A stretch of 64,000 bases of DNA from an uncultured Acidobacteriota bacterium (lineage in GTDB: Bacteria > Acidobacteriota > Vicinamibacteria > Vicinamibacterales > CAVVIG01), in NCBI GenBank assembly GCA_963695635.1, contig CAVOHK010000005.1, forward strand, positions 135,078 to 199,077, read 5' to 3'. The notes under the pieces were generated by a model that had not been told where the DNA came from, did no database searches, and saw nothing but the letters and a program-made list of their open reading frames with translations. The position numbers and the translations under genes are program-made. Below are positions 10,112 through 18,792 of the stretch, piece by piece (within the stretch, counting starts at the first letter, position 1; each line of letters starts with the position of its first letter).

Positions 10112-12526
10112 ATGCGCGATTTTCGATACGCCATTCGCGTGCTGCTGAAGAGTCCGGTCTTCGCGGTGACGGCAATTCTCACGCTCGCCTTATGCGTCGG
10201 GGCAAATACTGCGATTTACACCGTCGTGGACCGCGTACTGTTGCGGCCGCTCCCGTATCCGCAGCCGGACCGGCTGGCGATGGTGACGACGCATTTCGAG
10301 CGACGCGGCAATAACGAGACTGGACAGACCGGCGGAATCTGGGAGGTCCTGCGCGACCACGTCACGCTGGCCGATGTCGCAGTGGTCGGTGGCGTCGGGA
10401 TGGGCGTCAACCTCGTGGCCCACGACCAGCCGCAGTACGTGCAACTCCAGCGCGTCTCGGCCGGCTTCTTCCGTGTGCTCGCCGTGGCGCCGACGCTCGG
10501 ACGCGAATTCACCGTGGACGAAGATCGCGCCGGCGGTCCGCCTGTCGCCCTCTTGAGCCACGACCTTTGGACGCGATTGGGAGCGGACGCCTCGATCGTC
10601 GGCCGCTCGATCACCTTGCGCGGCGAACCTCACGCCATCGTCGGCGTGATGCCGAGCGGGTTCACGACTGGTTCGCCAGTCGACGTGTGGACGCCGCTGC
10701 GCCCCTCCGCACGCGGCGAAGGCGGCGGACAGAACTACGAAATCATCGCGCGCCTTCGGCCCGGCGTAACCTGGCCGCAGGCCGACGCGGAATTCGCGTC
10801 CGCGGGACAAGCGGCCGTCGACGATCTATACCGCAGCGAGAACAACCGTGCGCGACTACACCTGATTCCGCTGCAGCAGGGCGAAACTCAGGATGTTCGT
10901 CAGCCGATTCTGGTGATCTGGGCGGCGGTCGGCGTCGTCCTGCTGATCGGTTGCGTCAACATCGCCGGGTTGCTGATGGCACGCAGCGTTTCACGCGCGC
11001 CGGAGATCGCGACGCGCATCGCACTCGGCGGCGGTCGTCGCACGATCGTGCGCCAACTCTTGACCGAAAGTCTCGTCCTCGCCGCATGCGGTGGAATTCT
11101 TGGTCTCGCGATCGGCTACGCCGGGTCGCGCATCTTCGCGACGCTGCTGGAAGAGGCATTCGGTGTTTCCGGCGGCGACATTGGCCTGGATCTGCGGGTA
11201 CTGGCCATCACCAGCGGGGTGGCGCTCGCGACCAGCGTGATCTTCGGTCTGTTGCCGGCGTGGCAGGCCAGCGGCGTCAGCCTGCGCGACACGCTCGTCG
11301 CTTCCGGCAGTCCATCGATTGCCGGCGCCGCGCGTAACTGGCCGCGCCGCATCATGGTCGTCGCCGAAGTTGCGCTCGGCGTCGTGCTGTTGGTTGGCGC
11401 GGGACTGTTGATCCGATCCTTCAGTTATCTGGTGAGTCAGCGGCCGGGTTTTGATGGCACCAGCGTGAAGACTGCGACGTTGTCCCTGCAGGACGCGCGC
11501 TACCGGGAGGCGGAACGCGTGAACCAGTTGTTCACGCAAACACTCGAGCGGATGCGTTCGTCGCCCGGCGTGCAATCCGCGGCGGTCGCGTTGACGCTGC
11601 CATACGAGCGCGCACTCAACAATGGATTTCGTTGGGCGCAGGGTGCTCCGAGTTATGTGATCAACATGACTTACGTGACCCCGCAATATTTCGACACGCT
11701 GCGCATTCCGGTCCTGCGTGGACGGCCGTTCACCGATGCCGATGCTACGTCCAGCGCGCCGGTGATCGTGGTCAATGAAGCGTTCGTACGACGACACTCG
11801 CCCGAGCAGGATCCAGTCGGCCGCCAGATGATTTCAGGCGGCATTGCTCGAACCATCGTCGGCGTGGTCGGCGACATTCAGACGAAGAGCTCGTTCGGCA
11901 ATTTCGGCCCGGTTGGGGCGGCACCGGCGGCCTACGTGCCGGCATCACAAACCAGCGCGGCTCTGTTCCAGTTGGTACACACCTGGTTTTCGCCAAGCTG
12001 GTTCGTACGCACGAACGGACCCCAATCCGGGATCGCCGCCGAAATGCAACGCGCGGTGCAGGGTGTTGATCCGTTGCTGCCGTTCGCCAAATTCCGCACG
12101 CTTGACGACGTGCGCAGCGAGGCAGTGGCGACGCCGCGCGCTCAAGCGATGCTGGCGGCAACGCTCGCCGCACTCGCCTTAGGGCTTGCGGCAGTAGGTC
12201 TCTACGGGCTGGTAGCGAATTCAGTTGCCGAGCGGACACGCGAGCTCGGCATCCGGATGGCACTCGGCGCGTCGACGCCGCGCGCGATGGTGAGCGCCGC
12301 ATTGCCAGGCGCGTCGATGGCGCTGATCGGCGTGATTCTCGGTATCGTCGCAGCGCGCGGCGTCGCCCAACTGTTGCGGCGCCTGGTTTGGGGTGTGTCG
12401 GTTAGCGACCCGACAACGTTCGTGCTGGCCGCCGCTCTCGTGTTGTTTGTCGCAGTGGTGGCCGCACTCGTACCGGCAGTGCGCATTGCGCGAATGAATC
12501 CGCTGCGAGCCTTACGTACGCCCTAG
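10112..12526 (+). CDS. ADOP-type duplicated MacB/FtsX permease
   Basis: MRDFRYAIRVLLKSP N-terminus, two permease halves (LLIGCVNIAGL...EIATRIALG; GLYGLVAN...RELGIRMALGA), no adjacent ATPase. Confidence 0.9.
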   Translation: MRDFRYAIRVLLKSPVFAVTAILTLALCVGANTAIYTVVDRVLLRPLPYPQPDRLAMVTTHFERRGNNETGQTGGIWEVLRDHVTLADVAVVGGVGMGVNLVAHDQPQYVQLQRVSAGFFRVLAVAPTLGREFTVDEDRAGGPPVALLSHDLWTRLGADASIVGRSITLRGEPHAIVGVMPSGFTTGSPVDVWTPLRPSARGEGGGQNYEIIARLRPGVTWPQADAEFASAGQAAVDDLYRSENNRARLHLIPLQQGETQDVRQPILVIWAAVGVVLLIGCVNIAGLLMARSVSRAPEIATRIALGGGRRTIVRQLLTESLVLAACGGILGLAIGYAGSRIFATLLEEAFGVSGGDIGLDLRVLAITSGVALATSVIFGLLPAWQASGVSLRDTLVASGSPSIAGAARNWPRRIMVVAEVALGVVLLVGAGLLIRSFSYLVSQRPGFDGTSVKTATLSLQDARYREAERVNQLFTQTLERMRSSPGVQSAAVALTLPYERALNNGFRWAQGAPSYVINMTYVTPQYFDTLRIPVLRGRPFTDADATSSAPVIVVNEAFVRRHSPEQDPVGRQMISGGIARTIVGVVGDIQTKSSFGNFGPVGAAPAAYVPASQTSAALFQLVHTWFSPSWFVRTNGPQSGIAAEMQRAVQGVDPLLPFAKFRTLDDVRSEAVATPRAQAMLAATLAALALGLAAVGLYGLVANSVAERTRELGIRMALGASTPRAMVSAALPGASMALIGVILGIVAARGVAQLLRRLVWGVSVSDPTTFVLAAALVLFVAVVAALVPAVRIARMNPLRALRTP

Positions 12527-13169
12527 CCCTGCGATCAGATAATCGGCGAACCGATCGGCGATTTCCTGGGAAGTCGCCGGTCCGTTGGGGCTGAACCAGC
12601 GCGGAATCCAGTTCACCGCGCCGAACAGCGCAAACGCCAGCAGTTTGGGGTCGCCTGATTCGAAGACGCCGTCCTCCATTCCTTCTTGAATAATTTGCCG
12701 CACACCATGCTCGAAGCGATCGCGCCGGACGATTACGGTCTTCAAGTGCGGCGGCGTCAGCGCCTCCAGATCGAGAAATAGCGCAGTGCCGTGCAGTTCA
12801 TCGAGAATCGTATGAACAAACGCGACGATCAGTTGTCGCAGTTTCTGATCGGGCGCGCGCGCTGGTCTGCTGGATCTCGGCGAACAGATGCGTGAGGCGA
12901 TCGAGCGAGTACTGATGGCAGGCGAACAGAATCTCTTCCTTGTTCCGGAAGTAGTAGTAGAGGTTCCCCTTCTTCATGTGCAACGCCGAGGCGATTTCCT
13001 CGACGGTCGCGCCGTGATAGCCGAGCTTGCGAAACGCTTTCGCCGCGCTTTTGAGGATTTCGACCCGGGTCGACGCGTTAGGATCGTCGTTTCGCGGCCG
13101 TTTCGGTCGCCGTGGCGCCCGTCGGGCTGGTTCGCTGCGCGACGGCGTGGTTGACTCGCTCATGGTCAC
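12512..13169 (-). CDS. TetR/AcrR family regulator (KstR2/PaaR-like C-terminus), one indel near 12850
   Basis: EILKSAAKAFRKLGYHGATVEEIA...KGNLYYYF; C-terminus GAVNWIPRWFSPNG in a second frame. Confidence 0.88.
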
Positions 13170-13197
13170 GCTCTAAAGTATTTGAACGAGCGTTCAA
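13151..13197 (+). promoter_or_regulatory. Sigma70 promoter for boxC with an overlapping palindromic operator
   Basis: TTGACT(13151)-N17-TAAAGT(13174); perfect TTGAACG-AG-CGTTCAA at 13182-13197. Confidence 0.75.
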
Positions 13198-13202
13198 TTT
13201 CA

Positions 13203-14834
13203 ATGCTTACCTTTGATACCCGCCCCGACCGTTACCACCACTGGAAACTCGCCTTCGACGGCCCGGTCGCCACCCTGTCGATGGACGTCCAGGAAGACTT
13301 TGGTCTGTCGCCGGACTACAAGTTGAAGCTGAATTCCTACGATCTCGGCGTCGACATCGAGCTCGCCGACGCCATTCAGCGGATCCGCTTCGAGCATCCA
13401 GAAGTCCACACCGTGGTGATTTCGTCGCTCAAAGAGCGCATCTTTTGCGCCGGCGCGAACATCATGATGCTGCGCGGCTCGTCGCACGGCTGGAAGGTGA
13501 ATTTCTGCAAATTCACCAACGAGACGCGGCTCGCGATCGAAGACGCGAGTCAGCATTCCGGCATCAAGTTTCTCGCGGCGCTCAATGGCATTTGCGCCGG
13601 AGGCGGCTACGAACTCGCGCTCGCCTGCGACGAAATCTACCTGGTCGACGACGGCAATTCGGCGGTGAGCCTGCCCGAAGCGCCGCTGCTTGGCGTGCTG
13701 CCCGGCACCGGCGGCTTGACCCGCGTCGTCGACAAGCGGCGCGTGCGCCGCGATCTGGCGGACTTTTTCAGCACGCTGGTTGAAGGCGTCAAAGGCAAGC
13801 GTGCCGTCGAATGGAAGCTGGTCGATCGTGTTTTTCCGACCAGTCAGTTCAAAGACGCCGTGGCCAGACGCGCCAGAGAATTGGCCGAGCAGTCGGACCG
13901 GCCATCGAGCGGCCCGGGCATCACGCTTAACACCTTGAATCCGACCGTCACCGACAGCGACGTCAAGTACTCGGCTGTCTCGCTGACGCTGCATCGTGAC
14001 AAGCGGACGGCGGAGTTGACGATTCAGGCGCCGAGCGGGTCGCAGCCATCGACGCCTGAAGAGATCGCTGCCGCGGGGGATCAATTCTGGCCGCTGCGTG
14101 CCTTCCGTGAACTGGACGATGCGCTGTTGCGTTTGCGGGTGAACGAACCCGAAATCGGCACAGTCGTCATTCGCACGGAGGGTGACCGCGACACGGTGCT
14201 CGCGCTCGACCGGACGCTGGCCGCACATCACAACCACTGGCTGGTTCGCGAGATCATTCACTTCATGAAGCGAACGCTGAAGCGAATGGATCTGACGGCG
14301 CGCACGTTCTTCGCGTTCATCGAACCGGGATCGGCCTTCGCCGGATCGCTCTTCGAGCTGGCACTCGCCGCGGATCGTTCGTACATGTTCCACGACGACA
14401 ACGAAGAGAACGTGATTGCATTGTCGCCGATGAACTTCGGTCCGCTGACGATGAGCAACGGGCTGACCAGGCTGCAGACCCGTTTTCTCGGCGACGCCGC
14501 GAAGCTTCGCGAGTTGGAAGCTCATGACGGCCCATTCAACGCCGCGGAAGCTGATGAACACGGCCTGGTCACGTTCGCGCCGGACGAAATCGACTGGGAC
14601 GATGAAGTGCGTGTGGCGGTCGAGGCGCGCGCGGCCTTTTCACCCGACGCGATGACCGGCCTGGAAGCGAATCTGCGGTTTGCCGGGCCCGAGACGATGG
14701 AAACGAAGATCTTCGGGCGGCTGACCGCCTGGCAGAACTGGATCTTCCAACGGCCCAATGCGGTCGGCGACAAAGGCGCGCTGAAAGCCTACGGACAGCA
14801 AGGCCGACCGGAATTTGACTGGAAGCGAACCTGA
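13203..14834 (+). CDS. boxC: 2,3-epoxybenzoyl-CoA dihydrolase
   Basis: YHHWKL, YKLKLNSYDLGVDIELADA, HGWKVNFCKFTNETR, FGRLTAWQNWIFQRPNAVG. Confidence 0.93.
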   Translation: MLTFDTRPDRYHHWKLAFDGPVATLSMDVQEDFGLSPDYKLKLNSYDLGVDIELADAIQRIRFEHPEVHTVVISSLKERIFCAGANIMMLRGSSHGWKVNFCKFTNETRLAIEDASQHSGIKFLAALNGICAGGGYELALACDEIYLVDDGNSAVSLPEAPLLGVLPGTGGLTRVVDKRRVRRDLADFFSTLVEGVKGKRAVEWKLVDRVFPTSQFKDAVARRARELAEQSDRPSSGPGITLNTLNPTVTDSDVKYSAVSLTLHRDKRTAELTIQAPSGSQPSTPEEIAAAGDQFWPLRAFRELDDALLRLRVNEPEIGTVVIRTEGDRDTVLALDRTLAAHHNHWLVREIIHFMKRTLKRMDLTARTFFAFIEPGSAFAGSLFELALAADRSYMFHDDNEENVIALSPMNFGPLTMSNGLTRLQTRFLGDAAKLRELEAHDGPFNAAEADEHGLVTFAPDEIDWDDEVRVAVEARAAFSPDAMTGLEANLRFAGPETMETKIFGRLTAWQNWIFQRPNAVGDKGALKAYGQQGRPEFDWKRT

Positions 14835-14921
14835 ATCTGGTCATTTGTTCATCTGGACATCTGGTCGTTTGAAATCGACCAATCCAATGACCAGATAACC
14901 AGATGACGAGATGAACAAATG
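14834..14921. repeat. Inverted array of 8-bp tandem repeats, (CATCTGGT)x4...(ACCAGATG)x4
   Basis: AATCTGGT CATTTGTT CATCTGGA CATCTGGT / ACCAGATA ACCAGATG ACGAGATG AACAAATG. Confidence 0.85.
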
Positions 14922-14938
14922 CGAGAACGGGGCAATTT

Positions 14939-16357
14939 GTGATTTCAGCTGAAAAGATCCCGAACAACGTCAACCTGTCGGGCAACAAGCGACTGCAACG
15001 CGCGCTGGAACACTGGCAACCGAAGTACATCCAGTGGTGGCGCGATATGGGCCCGCAAGGTTTCCAGGACTATCACCAGGTCTACGTCCGCACGGCGACT
15101 AGCGTTGATCCGGAGGGCTGGGCGCATTTCGAATACGTCAAGCTGCCGGAATATCGCTGGGGCATCTTCCTCGCGGATCCGGTGCACGACCGCCGCATCG
15201 GCTTCGGCGATTTCTTCGGGCAGCCGGTGTGGCAGGAAGTGCCCGGCGAATTTCGCAACCAGCTGCGGCGGTTGATCGTGACGCAGGGCGACACCGAGCC
15301 GGCAAGTGTCGAGCAGCAGCGATGGCTCGGCCAGCGCTGCCCGAGCCTCTACGACCTGCGCAATCTGTTTCAGGTGAACGTCGAGGAAGGGCGTCACCTG
15401 TGGGCGATGGTCTACCTGCTGCATTCGTATTTCGGGCGCGACGGCCGCGATGAAGCCGAGGAGTTGCTCGAACGCCAGAGCGGTAACCGCGACAAACCGC
15501 GCATTCTCGAGGCGTTCAACGAGCCGATCGACAACTGGCTCGACTTCTTCATGTTCACGATGTTCACCGACCGCGACGGCAAGTCACAGCTGATGTCGCT
15601 GTCTGAGAGTTCGCTCGATCCGCTGGCGCGAACCACGCGCTTTATGCTGACCGAAGAGGCGCATCACATGTTCGTCGGCGAGACCGGCATCGCGCGCATT
15701 CTCGAACGGACCTGTCAGCTGATGAAACAGGCCGGCTTTTCGGAAGATGTGCGCAAGATCGGCGGCATCGACATTCCGACGATTCAGAAACACCTGAATC
15801 AGTGGTTCAGCCTCAGCCTCGATCTGCACGGCGGTGAAGTGTCGAGCAATGCCGCCTCCTACTTCGCCAACGGCTTGAAGGGTCGCGCCAAAGAGGACAC
15901 CTACGACGAGCACATCGTCAAGGAGGCCTACTATCAGATGGAGTTCATCGAGAACGGCAAGAGCACGACCAAAGACGTGCTGATGCGCAACGCGATGAAC
16001 GAGATCTTGCGCGACTGGTATGTCGGCGACTGCGCCGCCGGTGTCGTGCGGTGGAACCGCATTCTCGAACAGCACGGCATGTCGGATCGTCTCCGGTTGC
16101 CGGATCGAAAATTCAATCGCAACATCGGGATGTATTCGGGGTTCCACTTCGATCCGGACGGCGTGGCGCTGTCGAAAGAGGAGTTCGAGCGCCGTCGCTT
16201 CGAGTGGTTACCGTCGGAGAAGGACACCGAATATCTGCTCAGCATCATGGCCGAGCCGATCTATGAACCCGGTAAGTTCGCGAACTACATCGCGCCGCCG
16301 CGCCGCGGCATCAACCAGCTGCCGATCGATTTTCAGTACGTGAGAACCGAGGCGTGA
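14939..16357 (+). CDS. boxB: Benzoyl-CoA 2,3-epoxidase di-iron subunit
   Basis: KIPNNVNL, QGDTEPASVEQQ, NVEEGRHLWAM, FTDRDGK, TEEAHHMFVGETG. Confidence 0.94.
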   Translation: MISAEKIPNNVNLSGNKRLQRALEHWQPKYIQWWRDMGPQGFQDYHQVYVRTATSVDPEGWAHFEYVKLPEYRWGIFLADPVHDRRIGFGDFFGQPVWQEVPGEFRNQLRRLIVTQGDTEPASVEQQRWLGQRCPSLYDLRNLFQVNVEEGRHLWAMVYLLHSYFGRDGRDEAEELLERQSGNRDKPRILEAFNEPIDNWLDFFMFTMFTDRDGKSQLMSLSESSLDPLARTTRFMLTEEAHHMFVGETGIARILERTCQLMKQAGFSEDVRKIGGIDIPTIQKHLNQWFSLSLDLHGGEVSSNAASYFANGLKGRAKEDTYDEHIVKEAYYQMEFIENGKSTTKDVLMRNAMNEILRDWYVGDCAAGVVRWNRILEQHGMSDRLRLPDRKFNRNIGMYSGFHFDPDGVALSKEEFERRRFEWLPSEKDTEYLLSIMAEPIYEPGKFANYIAPPRRGINQLPIDFQYVRTEA

Positions 16358-17050
16358 GTCTTTCGATCACCTGGTTCGGCCACGCCACCTTCCTGGTGGT
16401 TTCACCGGGCGGCAAGCGGATCGTGTTCGATCCGTGGATGACCGGAAACCCCACCTCGCCGGACTCGGCGAAGAAGCTTGGCGCGCTCGATCTGATTTTG
16501 CTGACCCACGGTCACAACGATCACACCGGCGATGCCGTGCCGCTGGCCCGTTCGAGCGGCGCCCACACCGTCGCGCCGTTCGAGTTGGCCGAGTGGCTCG
16601 GCAGAAAAGGTCTGAAAAATGTCACCGGGATGAATCCGGGCGGCACGCTGCAGATGCTCGGGCTGTCGATCACGATGGTTCCGGCGGTCCACAGCAGTTC
16701 GGTCGATGACGATGGCCAAACCATCTACACCGGCGTCGCGTCCGGCTATGTGGTGAAGTTCGAGAACGGACAGACCATCTACTACGCTGGCGACACCTCG
16801 ATCTTCGGCGACATGAAATTGATTGGAGAGATGTATAAGCCGGACATCGCCTTCTTGCCGATTGGCGATCTCTACACGATGGGTCCAGAGCAGGCGGCGA
16901 AGGCGAGCGAGCTGCTCGGCGTGAAGCAGGTCGTGCCGATGCACTATGGCACGTTCCCGCCGCTGACCGGCACGCCGGCGAAGCTGCGCGAAATGGTTGG
17001 GACGCGGGTGCAGGTGTTGGAACTGAAGCCCGGGGAGACAGAGCGAACTG
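16354..17050 (+). CDS. Metal-dependent hydrolase, UPF0173/MBL fold; no stop seen, reads through into the ALDH, so the end is approximate
   Basis: ITWFGHATF, THGHNDH, AVHSS, YYAGDT, VPMHYGTFP, typical terminus LKPGE. Confidence 0.85.
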
Positions 17051-17092
17051 GGGGACAGGGAGGGACTGAGGGCAAGTCCCGTCCCAGTCCCC
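17050..17092. repeat. GGGAC-based hairpin between the hydrolase and the ALDH
   Basis: GGGGACAGGGAGGGACT-gagggca-AGTCCCGTCCCAGTCCCC. Confidence 0.7.
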
Positions 17093-17106
17093 GGTGGAGC
17101 AGCTCG

Positions 17107-18570
17107 ATGACAACGACAGCCGTGATGCGCAGACAGCTCTTCATCAACAATGAGTGGCACGACGCCACCGGCGGCAAAACGCTCGATGTGGTCAACCCCG
17201 CCACTGAAGAAGTGATTGCCGAAGTCGCATCAGCGGAACAGGCAGACGTCGACGCCGCGGTGGCGGCGGCCCGAGCGGCGATGCGCGGCCCCTGGACGAC
17301 GAAGCTGTCGGCGCGCGACCGCGGCAAGCTGGTGTGGAAGATCGGCGAGAAGCTGATGGAGCGCGCGGACGAGATCGCGCGGCTCGAAACGTTGCACAAC
17401 GGCAAGCCGATCTTCGAATCGCGTCACATCGAAGTTCCCGCCGCCGCCGAGTGCTTCCAGTACTACGCCGGTTGGGCCGACAAGATCCACGGCGAAACCA
17501 TTCCGGTGCGCGGCAATTTTCTCACCTACACGCTGCGCGAGCCGGTCGGAGTAGTCGCGGCGATTGTTCCGTGGAACTTTCCGTTGCTGCTGACCGCGTG
17601 GAAAGTGGCGCCGGCGCTGGCCTGCGGCAACGCGATCATCATCAAGCCGGCCAGCCAGACGCCGTTGACGGCGATTGCGCTCGCCGAGATTGCGAAAGAA
17701 GTCGGGCTGCCGCCCGGCGTGCTGCAAGTGATTACCGGACCGGGCGCCAAAGTCGGACAGATGCTGGTCGAGCACCCGGGCATCGACAAGATCGCGTTCA
17801 CCGGCGACACCTCGACCGGCAAGGGAATCATGAAGGGTTCCTCCGAGACGTTGAAGAAGATCACCCTCGAACTGGGCGGCAAATCGCCCAATATCGTGTT
17901 CCCCGACGCCGATCTCGATGCGGCGCTGCGCGGCGTCACCACCGGCATTTTCTACGGCAAGGGCGAAGTCTGCGCGGCCGGTTCGCGGTTGCTGGTGGAC
18001 AAGTCCATCAAGAGCGAGTTCATCGACAAGCTGGCGGCGCGGGCCAGGAAAATGGCGCCCGGTGATCCGCTGGATCCACGGACCAAGCTCGGCGCGGTTG
18101 CGTCGAAAAAACAGCTCGAAACCGATTTGCGCTATATCGAGATCGCCAAAAAAGAAGGGGCGACGGTCGTCGCCGGCGGCGAGCGCGCCGATATCGGCAC
18201 CGGCAAGGGCTACTTTCTGCAGCCGACGATCTTCGACGGCGTCACGCCCGAGATGACGATTGCCCGCGAAGAAATTTTCGGACCGGTGCTCGCGGCTATC
18301 GAGTTCGCTGACGTGGATGAAGCGATTGCGCGGGCCAACGACAGTTCCTATGGCCTCGCGGCCGCGGTCTGGACCAGGGATATCAAGAAAGCGCACCACG
18401 TCGCGCGACAACTTCAGGCAGGCACCGTCTGGATCAATACCTACAACATCTACGACACCGCGGCACCGTTTGGTGGCTACAAGCAGAGCGGCTTCGGTCG
18501 CGAGATGAGCGTCCATGCGCTCGAGCACTACACCCAGGTGAAATCCGTCTGGGTCGACCTCAATCAATAG
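17107..18570 (+). CDS. NAD(P)-dependent aldehyde dehydrogenase
   Basis: GGAG before ATG 17107; PWNFP, FTGDT, LELGGKSP, catalytic GEVCAAGSR, EEIFGP, PFGGYKQSG. Confidence 0.92.
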   Translation: MTTTAVMRRQLFINNEWHDATGGKTLDVVNPATEEVIAEVASAEQADVDAAVAAARAAMRGPWTTKLSARDRGKLVWKIGEKLMERADEIARLETLHNGKPIFESRHIEVPAAAECFQYYAGWADKIHGETIPVRGNFLTYTLREPVGVVAAIVPWNFPLLLTAWKVAPALACGNAIIIKPASQTPLTAIALAEIAKEVGLPPGVLQVITGPGAKVGQMLVEHPGIDKIAFTGDTSTGKGIMKGSSETLKKITLELGGKSPNIVFPDADLDAALRGVTTGIFYGKGEVCAAGSRLLVDKSIKSEFIDKLAARARKMAPGDPLDPRTKLGAVASKKQLETDLRYIEIAKKEGATVVAGGERADIGTGKGYFLQPTIFDGVTPEMTIAREEIFGPVLAAIEFADVDEAIARANDSSYGLAAAVWTRDIKKAHHVARQLQAGTVWINTYNIYDTAAPFGGYKQSGFGREMSVHALEHYTQVKSVWVDLNQ

Positions 18571-18576
18571 CGCCAG

Positions 18577-18678
18577 CTACTGGTTGCTCGCTACTCGTTG
18601 CTCGGCAGCCGAGCCGCGAGCACAGCCGAGCACGAGCAACGAGCGACGAGCAACGAGCGACGAGCCGCGAGCGACGAG
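18577..18678. repeat. Inverted array of 7-bp tandem repeats, (NNRCTCG)x4...(CGAGCRA)n
   Basis: CTACTGG TTGCTCG CTACTCG TTGCTCG ... CGAGCAA CGAGCGA CGAGCAA CGAGCGA CGAGCCG CGAGCGA. Confidence 0.85.
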
Positions 18679-18724
18679 ATATCCGATTTGACAGGTCGGA
18701 TATCGAGATGAAATACTCGTGCTT

Positions 18725-18750
18725 AATATTGAGATTGAGTCTCAATATCA
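18725..18750. promoter_or_regulatory. Fur-like operator upstream of the siderophore receptor
   Basis: ATATTGAGA-ttgag-TCTCAATAT perfect 9-5-9 palindrome; TTGACA at 18688 upstream. Confidence 0.7.
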
Positions 18751-18792
18751 ATTCATCGTGTCTTCATTCATCGTCGTCGCCGGAGCGTCGTT

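Noticed and set aside
16354..18570. Novel 738-aa MBL-ALDH fusion enzyme
   Set aside because: The linker is a repeat hairpin, the ALDH has its own GGAG and ATG, and a CGA codon sits where a TGA would be expected; in an error-prone assembly a lost stop is more likely
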